This document shows, one piece after another, positions 10,895-19,510 of a stretch of 64,000 bases of DNA. Source of the DNA: Promethearchaeota archaeon (lineage in GTDB: Archaea > Asgardarchaeota > Lokiarchaeia > Sigyniarchaeales > SOKP01). A model generated the notes under the pieces. It saw only the letters and a list, made by a program, of their open reading frames with translations, made no database searches and was not told where the DNA came from. The position numbers were made by a program, and so were the translations under genes. The stretch lies in the NCBI GenBank assembly GCA_016840165.1, contig JAEOSU010000029.1, positions 1 to 64,000 on the forward strand, given 5' to 3'. Numbering within the stretch: position 1 is the stretch's first letter; each line of letters starts with the position of its first letter.

Positions 10895-11581
10895 TTGCTT
10901 AATAGAATAGATCTCAAAGGATTCAAAAAAATTCAAGAAGAGTACAAGAAGGATCGCTCTAAATGCAAGAAGAAGTTAGAAGTTAAGGGAAGATGGCGGT
11001 TAGATGTTGATTATGGGCCACAGTTTGAAACTATCGTAAAAACTGAAAGAGCAGGTAATATTACAGTACAAACTGACGAAACTATAATTTTAGGTGGTGG
11101 TGGAACTGCGGTTCATCCTGTTCATTATTGTATGGTTGGATTTTGTGGATGCTTCTCTGCAGCTTTTGCTAAATGGGCTGCTATGGCAAATATTGAATTG
11201 ACGAAACTTGATATAAGGATTGTTGCCGATATTAATCTAACTACAGGATTTGGAATAGAGGATGGTATAGATGCAGTAGATGATTATAAACTTGAAATTT
11301 TTGTTGAAAGCGATGCTCCCATTGAAAAGTTAAACGAGATTCTTGAATATACCAAAAAACGTTGCTTTTGTATGTACTGTATAACAACACCTATTATTCC
11401 TAACATCGATATGATTGTAGAAGTTCCCGAAGAGAAGATCGAAGAGGCAGTGTTTATCTGTCCATCCTGTTTTAACAAAACGATGGTATTTTTGGATGAT
11501 AATACTCAGAAGTGTACAAATTGTGGTACTATTGGCTATTTTACTCGACCTACTAAAACCGGAAAAGTGTCTCAAAAATAA
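10895..11581 (+). CDS. OsmC/Ohr-family protein with C-terminal zinc ribbon
   Basis: DETIILGGGGTAVHPVHY...CGC and KRCFC (OsmC Cys positions); C-terminal CPSC...CTNC. Confidence 0.85.
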   Translation: MLNRIDLKGFKKIQEEYKKDRSKCKKKLEVKGRWRLDVDYGPQFETIVKTERAGNITVQTDETIILGGGGTAVHPVHYCMVGFCGCFSAAFAKWAAMANIELTKLDIRIVADINLTTGFGIEDGIDAVDDYKLEIFVESDAPIEKLNEILEYTKKRCFCMYCITTPIIPNIDMIVEVPEEKIEEAVFICPSCFNKTMVFLDDNTQKCTNCGTIGYFTRPTKTGKVSQK

Positions 11582-11660
11582 ATAATAATAATTATATAAT
11601 ATATTAGAATAAAATTTACAGAAAAGTAAAGAATCTAATTCAAAGGTGGAATGAGATTTT

Positions 11661-11873
11661 ATGACTGAGGAATGGCCTTTTGTGTCTGATAAGGACAATT
11701 ACGTCAAGACTTTAGAAAAGGATTTGAAGAAAGTGAAGAATCAATTATATCAAACATTACTCAACGCAAATAAAACGGTAATTGAGAACCAGAATTTGCA
11801 GAATCAATTAAATAAATGTCAGGAAGAGAATCTACACTTAAAATCTCAAATTGAAGGCTTAACCAATAAATAG
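11661..11873 (+). CDS. Small coiled-coil protein
   Basis: Heptad Leu pattern; AGGTGG SD-like sequence upstream; within a co-oriented cluster. Confidence 0.7.
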   Translation: MTEEWPFVSDKDNYVKTLEKDLKKVKNQLYQTLLNANKTVIENQNLQNQLNKCQEENLHLKSQIEGLTNK

Positions 11874-11902
11874 TAAATTATATAGAAAAGAGATGTGGTG
11901 AA

Positions 11903-12703
11903 TTGACTTTAGAAGGGAGTAAAGCAATGGAAGGAAAGAAAGCAATAGAAAATTATGTTGAATCTATTTATATATATGATAATGCCGGGGTTTGCTTAAC
12001 TAGTATTGGCTTAAAACCAGAAAATCTAGATGAAAATATTGTCTCAGGATTCTTCACTGCAATCAAAAAATTTGGGCAGAAATTAATTCCTGGTACGGTA
12101 GTTAAGTCTTTAATAATGAGTGGGCATAAACTTTTTTACAATAGCAATGAAAATATTACGTTTTGTATTCAATGTTATGATGATTTACCAAATCAAGTAA
12201 TAGAATACATCTTAAATGAAATCTCAAATAAGTTTTTAGAGATATATCAAGATCAACTTCCAATACGAGATGGTAATATCAGTTTATTTTCAGAATTCAA
12301 CGTCTATTTATCCCAATTCATGGAACGCCCACTTATTGAGAGCTTATTAGAAGATTTTGGTTATAAAGTTCTTTCAGAAGGAGTTATATTATTTGATGAG
12401 AATCAAGAAAAGATAATGTTTGCTAAAGTCCCAGAAGAATATTCCTCAAGAAAACAGATCTCTATGAGTGGGATGTTAATTAACTTTGCAAAAAAGTTAT
12501 CCTTGGAATATCAAGGAGGAGATGTACACAGTATATTAATTTCTTCTGAAAATCGATGGATATGTGTTTCGAAACGAGAATACATTTACATCATTGTATT
12601 ATTTTCAAAAACTAAAAATATAGCACTTGATATAATTGTAGAGAGAACTGAAGAAATTTTAGATAATATCTTAAAGATGTTAAGGATCGAAATAAAAAAG
12701 TAA
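11903..12703 (+). CDS. Longin-like + roadblock/profilin-like two-domain protein
   Basis: IYIYDNAGVCL...IVSGFFTAIKKFG is a longin-type signature; second domain starts EGVILFD. GGTGA SD precedes the TTG start. Confidence 0.8.
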   Translation: MTLEGSKAMEGKKAIENYVESIYIYDNAGVCLTSIGLKPENLDENIVSGFFTAIKKFGQKLIPGTVVKSLIMSGHKLFYNSNENITFCIQCYDDLPNQVIEYILNEISNKFLEIYQDQLPIRDGNISLFSEFNVYLSQFMERPLIESLLEDFGYKVLSEGVILFDENQEKIMFAKVPEEYSSRKQISMSGMLINFAKKLSLEYQGGDVHSILISSENRWICVSKREYIYIIVLFSKTKNIALDIIVERTEEILDNILKMLRIEIKK

Positions 12704-12741
12704 TTATTATAAGGCTAAACTCTATGTTAAATTTAACATAA

Positions 12742-13299
12742 ATGTTTAAAACTATAAAGGGGAGACCGTTGAAATTTGTATTTAAAATTACGATAATCGG
12801 AGATGGTGGAGTAGGTAAAACCTCTCTGATTAAAAAATATACACAAGGTACTTTTGAAGATGACTATATCTCCACAATAGGAGCTCAATTTTCTTTATAT
12901 GATCTAAATATTGATGGAGATGAATGTAAACTATACTTCTGGGATATAGCTGGCCAAAAAGAGTTTGAATTTTTACGATCTGATTTTTACGAGGAAAGCA
13001 AAGCCGCTATCATTGTCTATTCTCTTGAAAATAGTGATCTTGGAAAGCAAAGCCTTGAACATGTAATAGATTGGTATAATGATATTAAAAACCATTGCGG
13101 AGATATTCCTGTAGTTATTTTTGCTAACAAGGCAGATTTAGTAAAGGAAGGAAAATCAGAAAATGACTTCATCAAGGATTTACTTGAGAAAGATAAAATA
13201 ATAGATGTATATCGCACTTCTGCAAAAACTGGAAAAATGGTACCTGACGCATTTTACAGAATAATTAAAGAGTTGCACGATAAATACAAGGGTAATTAA
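12742..13299 (+). CDS. Rab/Ras-like small GTPase
   Basis: GDGGVGKT, STIG, WDIAGQ, NKAD, TSAK. No C-terminal Cys motif. Alternative TTG start at 12769. Confidence 0.95.
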   Translation: MFKTIKGRPLKFVFKITIIGDGGVGKTSLIKKYTQGTFEDDYISTIGAQFSLYDLNIDGDECKLYFWDIAGQKEFEFLRSDFYEESKAAIIVYSLENSDLGKQSLEHVIDWYNDIKNHCGDIPVVIFANKADLVKEGKSENDFIKDLLEKDKIIDVYRTSAKTGKMVPDAFYRIIKELHDKYKGN

Positions 13300-13366
13300 A
13301 TTCGCTAGTGTGAGTAGCAATCGTTAAAATAAAATGATTTTAATCAATAAGGAGGAATAAATTGTC

Positions 13367-13684
13367 TTGCAAGCTGAAGGAGTTATTATTTTCGATGATC
13401 TTGAAGGTAAAATTATTTTTTCCGAAGTTCCATCAGAATTTGCCACTCCGCGTCAGACATCAGTGGGTGGGATGCTGATTAATTTGGTTAAAAAATTTTC
13501 CAATGAATTTAAAGCAGGTGAAGTAAAAAGTTTAGTTATCTCCTCAGAAAAAAAAATAATTTCTATCTCAAAACGAGAACATAAGTATATTATTGTTTTA
13601 TTTCCGATAACCACTGTCATCGAACATAATATTATTTTACAAAAAACAGAAGAAATTTTTAATTCCGTTATTAATAATGGATAA
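13367..13684 (+). CDS. Stand-alone roadblock/profilin-like protein, paralog of the C-terminal domain of 11903..12703
   Basis: Ungapped alignment to that domain; AGGAGG SD before the TTG start. Confidence 0.8.
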   Translation: MQAEGVIIFDDLEGKIIFSEVPSEFATPRQTSVGGMLINLVKKFSNEFKAGEVKSLVISSEKKIISISKREHKYIIVLFPITTVIEHNIILQKTEEIFNSVINNG

Positions 13685-13700
13685 GTAAAAAGTTAATAAG

Positions 13701-14216
13701 GTGAATATAATAGGTTTAAAACGAAAGTTAATGGATAAGATGATGCCAAAAGAGTTTGGCTTTATTTCTGGCTTATTCCATGTTGGGGTATTTACTCTAC
13801 AAACAGGGATTGATGAAACTTTAGGAAGAATTGGTTATAATGATTACATTTTTCCTGCGGTGAAGGAATCGATGGAACAAGCAGAAAAATTGGGAATTGA
13901 GCCCATGATAGGAGAAAATGTTGAAGATTTTGGAGAGCGTTTCATAAAATTGTTAAAAACGTCATTATTAGTCGAAAATGCCTCCCTGAAAAAGAAAGCA
14001 GATGGTGCTTATGTATTTTCTTTAAACAACTGTTTTATGGCTAAAACGGCTCATACCGTCGCTGGAACTAAGGGAGTATGCCCGATGGCTATGGTAATGG
14101 CGGCTATGATTGAAAAATATGTAAATAAAGAAGTAACAGTGAACTATTCAGATTTAACTCCAAATGGAAGTATTACAGTCATAACACCAACTAATAGCGA
14201 TTTTGAAAGAAAGTAA
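13701..14216 (+). CDS. V4R/MetOD1-like ligand- or metal-binding protein
   Basis: YVFSLNNCFMA...H...GVCPMAMVMAAMI plus C-terminal beta hairpin; start codon uncertain. Confidence 0.65.
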   Translation: MNIIGLKRKLMDKMMPKEFGFISGLFHVGVFTLQTGIDETLGRIGYNDYIFPAVKESMEQAEKLGIEPMIGENVEDFGERFIKLLKTSLLVENASLKKKADGAYVFSLNNCFMAKTAHTVAGTKGVCPMAMVMAAMIEKYVNKEVTVNYSDLTPNGSITVITPTNSDFERK

Positions 14217-14303
14217 AAAAAAGAATTATAATAATTTTCGAAAAGTTATTTGAAATCTGGCGCAAATATCTAAAAAGAATTTTTTAGAAAAAAATTCTAT
14301 GAT

Positions 14304-16088
14304 TCAATGAATGCTTTGATGCTCAAAATATTGCTTATATAAGCTTGCATACTTCCCACCGTCAGCAAGTAGGGAAGCATGCGTTCCTTCTTCCACAATC
14401 CTTCCATGGTCTAAAACAATTATTCTATCAGCATTAATAACCGTTGATAAGCGATGGGCAATTATGATTGACGTTCGATTTGCAAGTAATTTTTGAAGTG
14501 CTTCTTGAATTATTGCTTCGGTATATGCATCCACACTTGAAGTTGCCTCGTCAAGAATAAGAATTTTTGGATTACTTAAGACAGCTCGGGCAAAACTAAT
14601 TATCTGTTTTTGACCCACTGATAACCCTTTCCCTCTCTCTCCCAATCTTGTATTTAAACCATCTGGCAAATACTTAATAATTTCTTCAGCATGAACAGTT
14701 CTAATTGCCTCATTTAGTTCTTCTTGTGAGGCATTTGGGTTCCCATAACGGATATTTTCTTCTAAAGTGCCTGAAAATAAGAAAATATCCTGTTGAACCA
14801 TCGCAATATTGTTTCTATATGAATCTAATGTCATGTCCCTGATATCAATTCCATCAATTTTAATTGATCCCCCTTGAAATTCGTAAAATCGTGCTAAAAG
14901 AGAAACTAAAGAGGTTTTTCCAGCTCCAGTATGGCCAACAATCGCCAATTTTTCTCCTTTTGATATCTTGAGATTAAAATCTTTGAAAACACCTTGATTA
15001 TCATTATACCGAAAGTTAACGTTTTGAAATACAATCTCCCCTTCAAGTTCTCCCACTTCGATAGCCTTATTGTTCTGGATAACTGAAGGTTGAGCATCAA
15101 GAATCTCTAAAATTCTTTCATATGCCGCCATACCCGTGCTTAGTTGGGGGAAAAAGGTAGCTAGAACGATAATTGGTCTAAAAAAGCTTTGTAGATAAAG
15201 AATAAAGGTTAGCAAGGTTCCAGTAGTTAAATTTCCCTCAAGAAATAATTGAGTTCCATAATAAATTACGATTAGAATTGTAACTGAGGCAATTATGTTT
15301 AAAATATGCCTCCACATATGGGTTACAGAGGTCAATTTAAAAGTTGAGCGAAAATAATCCTTATTAATCTGACTAAAGTGATAAGAGATATTCGATTCTT
15401 GTCCATAACTTTTAGAAACATGTATTCCTTCAATAGATTCTACCATTGCATTGTTTACATTTTCAATTGCATTTCTATAACTTCTACTTACGACTCTTGC
15501 CCATCTTCTTAGTGAGAACATTAGCAACAATACGATAGGGACTGCAATTAGCACGATTAAAGCTAAAAAGGGATTCAAAATCAGCAATATAGTGAAAGTC
15601 AATAAGCTTATAAGAAAATTTCCCACAGTTTCTGCAATTAAGGAAGTTATATCTCCAAAATCTAATGCATCATTAGAAACTCTGGTATTTAAAGCACCAC
15701 TTTCATACTCATCAAAAAAGCTTATACTTTGCCGCTGTAGCTTATCGAATATGTCCATACGCAAGTATTCTAAAAAGAAGGGAACAAACTTGCCGTATTC
15801 TCTCCTCCTTAAAGAAAACATTAACCATTGAATAGCAGAGGCAATAACATAAGCTATTCCAAAAAATATTATTATATTAAACTCAGTTGATAATGGAGTT
15901 TCTAGATGATCGACAGTAAATCCCACAACTAAAGGACCCAGAATTTCTACAATGGTTGCTATAAAGATAAATAATGCAACCATTACAATATTTTTTTTAA
16001 AGGGGGCTAATCTTTTTACATATCTGCCGAATAATTCACGATCAGAGTATTTTCGTTTCGGTTTCTCTTTCCTTATACTTCTATACAT
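14304..16088 (-). CDS. ABC exporter half-transporter (TMD+NBD), consensus Walker B subunit
   Basis: GHTGAGKT, LSVGQKQ, ILILDEATSSVD, IAHRL. Confidence 0.95.
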   Translation of the reverse strand: MYRSIRKEKPKRKYSDRELFGRYVKRLAPFKKNIVMVALFIFIATIVEILGPLVVGFTVDHLETPLSTEFNIIIFFGIAYVIASAIQWLMFSLRRREYGKFVPFFLEYLRMDIFDKLQRQSISFFDEYESGALNTRVSNDALDFGDITSLIAETVGNFLISLLTFTILLILNPFLALIVLIAVPIVLLLMFSLRRWARVVSRSYRNAIENVNNAMVESIEGIHVSKSYGQESNISYHFSQINKDYFRSTFKLTSVTHMWRHILNIIASVTILIVIYYGTQLFLEGNLTTGTLLTFILYLQSFFRPIIVLATFFPQLSTGMAAYERILEILDAQPSVIQNNKAIEVGELEGEIVFQNVNFRYNDNQGVFKDFNLKISKGEKLAIVGHTGAGKTSLVSLLARFYEFQGGSIKIDGIDIRDMTLDSYRNNIAMVQQDIFLFSGTLEENIRYGNPNASQEELNEAIRTVHAEEIIKYLPDGLNTRLGERGKGLSVGQKQIISFARAVLSNPKILILDEATSSVDAYTEAIIQEALQKLLANRTSIIIAHRLSTVINADRIIVLDHGRIVEEGTHASLLADGGKYASLYKQYFEHQSIH

Positions 16089-16114
16089 TCGCTTTTCTTT
16101 TCCCCTTATTTATT

Positions 16115-17884
16115 TTATACTTTTATATCAGGTAATGGGAGGAATCTACCGAAAATTCTTCTATAATCTTCTGATCTCTTTAATAAGTTTTGGTGATCGC
16201 CTTGGGCTACAATTCTTCCCTCCTTAAGAACTAAGATTTTATCTGCGGATCGTATCGCATTTAAACGATGTGTAATAATTATAGTCGTCCTTTTCTGTAG
16301 AACATTTTCTATTGCTTTTCCTATCTTTTCTTCAGTCTCACTATCTACAGCTGAAACAGAATCATCCAGAATTATGATATCAGGGTTAGTTAATAATGCG
16401 CGAGCAATTGCTATTCTTTGACGCTCTCCTCCCGATAGTTTTGTTCCCCGCTCACCTACAATAGTATCGTATCCTTCCGCAAAATCTCTAACGAAATCAT
16501 CTACTTGGGCTAATCTCGCCGCTTCTATAATTTCCTCATCAGAGGCATCAGGATTGCCAAAGGAAATATTTTCCTTAATGGATCTAGGAAATAGATAAAT
16601 ATCTTGCTCTATATAACCCACCCGTTTCCTTAATACTTCAAGAGGATAGTTTGATATCTCTAAATCATCAATATAAATAGAACCATCTTGGGGTTTATAC
16701 AAGGATAAAATAATTTTCGCTAAAGTCGTCTTACCACATCCCGTTGGACCTACTAATGCAACCTTTTGGAGGGGGTCAATTACAAAATTAAGATTCTCGA
16801 AAACGCGTGTGCTTCTATTATTTTCATTCTCATAAGAGAAGGATACATTTTTAAACTCAATTTTTCCTTTTAATTTTTTAAAGGACACCTTGGAACCTGA
16901 ATTAACATCCTCACTTTCACCCTTAGAAAGGGCATCAAAAACCCGTGAACAAGCAGCAAATCCACTCATCATATCATTTGTTGCCCAAAAAATCAAATTT
17001 GTTGGATCTATTAAAGTAATTAAAAGTAGATTAATAGCGGCTAATTCCTCAATTCTAAGAGAGTTAAAATATACGAAAAAGGCGCTTATTAAGAACAATG
17101 TACTGATTGCGAGGTAAATAATAAGGAGAGGATAATATTTTGATTGGACTCTATTTTCACCAATCCAATTATCTCTAAACGCTTGAACAACCGATTGAAA
17201 TCTTTTACTTTCAAATTTTTCTGTTGTAAATAATTTTATGACTTTCGTACCGCTTATATTATCTTGAAGAGTTATTGCTATATTTGAATGTTTTTTCATA
17301 CGTGCTCTCACATATGGAGCAAGTTTCCTCCGATAATATAAAATAAAATAGCAGTACAATATAAGAAATGGTAGAAAAAATATAGCAACTCTTATGTCTA
17401 AATTATTAAAGATTACAATTATTACGATAAATACTTGAATAAAGGGATATATATAGAATGCTCCATGGGAGATCATAGTGTTGACAATTCGTAAATCATA
17501 AGTTGCAAGTGCTTGTAAATCTCCTGTTCGCACACTGTCATGGTATTTTAATGATTTCGATTGGATGATATTGAAAAATTCCGTTCGCATATTTTTTTCG
17601 ATTTTTAACCCTAAAAAATGGCCTACCATCATGGAACCATAATCTAAGGCGATATTTGTAATATAAATTGATAATGCTATAAAAATTAGGGGCAAAATTT
17701 CGGTTAGTGTACCAATTGTGGAAATATTATATGTTATTTCTCCTAATATTAATGGAATTAATGTTCTCGTGTAGGTCACGAGGAAAATTCCAATGATTAC
17801 GCAAAAAACTAAATATTTTTGTTTAAAAAGATGATGAGAAAGCCACCATAAATAATTCTTATACTTTTTACTTTCGATGTTCAT
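16115..17884 (-). CDS. ABC exporter half-transporter (TMD+NBD), degenerate Walker B subunit
   Basis: GPTGCGKT, LSGGERQ, IIILDDSVSAVD. Confidence 0.95.
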   Translation of the reverse strand: MNIESKKYKNYLWWLSHHLFKQKYLVFCVIIGIFLVTYTRTLIPLILGEITYNISTIGTLTEILPLIFIALSIYITNIALDYGSMMVGHFLGLKIEKNMRTEFFNIIQSKSLKYHDSVRTGDLQALATYDLRIVNTMISHGAFYIYPFIQVFIVIIVIFNNLDIRVAIFFLPFLILYCYFILYYRRKLAPYVRARMKKHSNIAITLQDNISGTKVIKLFTTEKFESKRFQSVVQAFRDNWIGENRVQSKYYPLLIIYLAISTLFLISAFFVYFNSLRIEELAAINLLLITLIDPTNLIFWATNDMMSGFAACSRVFDALSKGESEDVNSGSKVSFKKLKGKIEFKNVSFSYENENNRSTRVFENLNFVIDPLQKVALVGPTGCGKTTLAKIILSLYKPQDGSIYIDDLEISNYPLEVLRKRVGYIEQDIYLFPRSIKENISFGNPDASDEEIIEAARLAQVDDFVRDFAEGYDTIVGERGTKLSGGERQRIAIARALLTNPDIIILDDSVSAVDSETEEKIGKAIENVLQKRTTIIITHRLNAIRSADKILVLKEGRIVAQGDHQNLLKRSEDYRRIFGRFLPLPDIKV

Positions 17885-17978
17885 ATAATTATTAAATTTG
17901 TAATAAAATAATTATAATTTACTAATTCCCATTAAACATTTATAGCCTAATGATTCTAAATTCCTCTAGGGTGTAAAA

Positions 17979-18932
17979 TTGAACGAAAAGTGGCAAACTA
18001 AATTTTTAAATACGATTGTACATGGCGATTGCCTTAATCTAATAAAAGAGCTTCCAACTGAAGTAGTTGATTTGGTAATTGCCGACCCTCCTTATTTCAA
18101 AGTAGTAGGAGAGAAATGGGATTACTCATGGAGAACTTTAGATGATTATCTCGATTGGTCTTACGAGTGGCTTAAAGAAGTCTCACGCATATTACGTTTG
18201 GGAGGAAGTTTCTATCTATTTGGCTATATTCGTGTACTTGCCCACATTATTCCAAAACTCGAGAATTATGGGTTGGAATTTAAGCAACAAATTATTATAG
18301 ATAAAGGGATGCAAGCCGTCTCGGGGAGAGCAACGAAGAACTACACAATTTTTCCAAATACCACTGAAAGTATATTATTGATAATTAAAGACAATAAAAA
18401 ATGGCTTAAGCAATTCTTAAAGGAGAAACAACGAGAAAAGGGTTGGTCATCAAAACAAATCAACGATAAATTAGGAGTTAAAAGCAATGGAGGAGGAATG
18501 TGGAGTATCTACACTGGTAAGAACGTATGTGAACAATTTCCGACAAAGGAACGTTGGTCACAGTTTCAAAACTTATTCGATTTTTCTTTAGATTATGAGA
18601 AAGTAAGCCAAACATTTAACCCTATCATGGGATTTACTAATGTATGGACAGATATTGATTTTTATAAAGAAAAGAGAATCCATCCCACTCAAAAACCTTT
18701 AAAACTCGTTCAGAGATTAATAGAAGCAAGTAGTAATCAAAAAGATCTTGTCGTAGATCCATTTATGGGAAGTGGTACAACAGTAGTGGCGGCGAAAATA
18801 CTAAACCGAAAATATATTGGTTTTGAAATTAATAAGGATTATGTGAATCAGATTAGGAAGAGACTCATTAATCTTGAAAATGAGCGTGATTTGACGAAAA
18901 GAAAAGACGTACCCTTAGATGACTTTCTTTGA
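17979..18932 (+). CDS. Orphan beta-class N6-adenine/N4-cytosine DNA methyltransferase
   Basis: DPPY precedes HPTQKP and DPFMGSGTT (beta motif order). Confidence 0.92.
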   Translation: MNEKWQTKFLNTIVHGDCLNLIKELPTEVVDLVIADPPYFKVVGEKWDYSWRTLDDYLDWSYEWLKEVSRILRLGGSFYLFGYIRVLAHIIPKLENYGLEFKQQIIIDKGMQAVSGRATKNYTIFPNTTESILLIIKDNKKWLKQFLKEKQREKGWSSKQINDKLGVKSNGGGMWSIYTGKNVCEQFPTKERWSQFQNLFDFSLDYEKVSQTFNPIMGFTNVWTDIDFYKEKRIHPTQKPLKLVQRLIEASSNQKDLVVDPFMGSGTTVVAAKILNRKYIGFEINKDYVNQIRKRLINLENERDLTKRKDVPLDDFL

Positions 18933-18977
18933 TAAATAAGAAAAAAATAATAAAATTAATATTAATATCTCCCACCC

Positions 18978-19358
18978 TTATAAACCAAGAGCGGTGAGAG
19001 CTTTATCTATGTTATCGACACCTAGTACAATACGATTATTTTCCGCTAAATAGATAGTATCAATATTAACTCCCGCATTTCCAATTTTACGGGCTAATTT
19101 TCCCCCTGAACCTGCTTTTCCCGCAAGATCGGCAATATCAAGGACGATAACATCCCGTATAGCGCTTACCGAGAAACCCTCTTGTTCAAGTATATATTTA
19201 GTAGTAGTATCATCTTCTACAACGATATGCAATACACTCTCATCATTTAAGGGAATTCCACACAAACCCTCCATATTGATGTTATGTTTTCCAAGTATTT
19301 CGCCTAAATCTGCGAGTATTCCTGGTTTATTTTCCAATATTATGGTTAAATCTTTCAG
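18978..19358 (-). CDS. Tandem ACT-domain protein
   Basis: LENKPGILADLGEILGKHNINM and GKAGSGGKLARKIGNAGVNI. Frame extends to CTG at 19358, preceded by GGAGGT. Confidence 0.88.
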   Translation of the reverse strand: MKDLTIILENKPGILADLGEILGKHNINMEGLCGIPLNDESVLHIVVEDDTTTKYILEQEGFSVSAIRDVIVLDIADLAGKAGSGGKLARKIGNAGVNIDTIYLAENNRIVLGVDNIDKALTALGL

Positions 19359-19510
19359 GATAATATACCTCCAATATTAATTATTAATAGCTCTACAGAT
19401 AGAAAATAAATATTCGCCATTATAATGCAATGATTATTTATGTCGATCCTCTATTTAAGATTTCTTTTAAATCTTAATTTGTCAAATTTCATTAAAAAAG
19501 AATTTATAAA

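Noticed and set aside
975-18932. Restriction-modification pair formed by the Mrr-like ORF and the methyltransferase
   Set aside because: They are 16 kb apart and the nuclease motif is doubtful.
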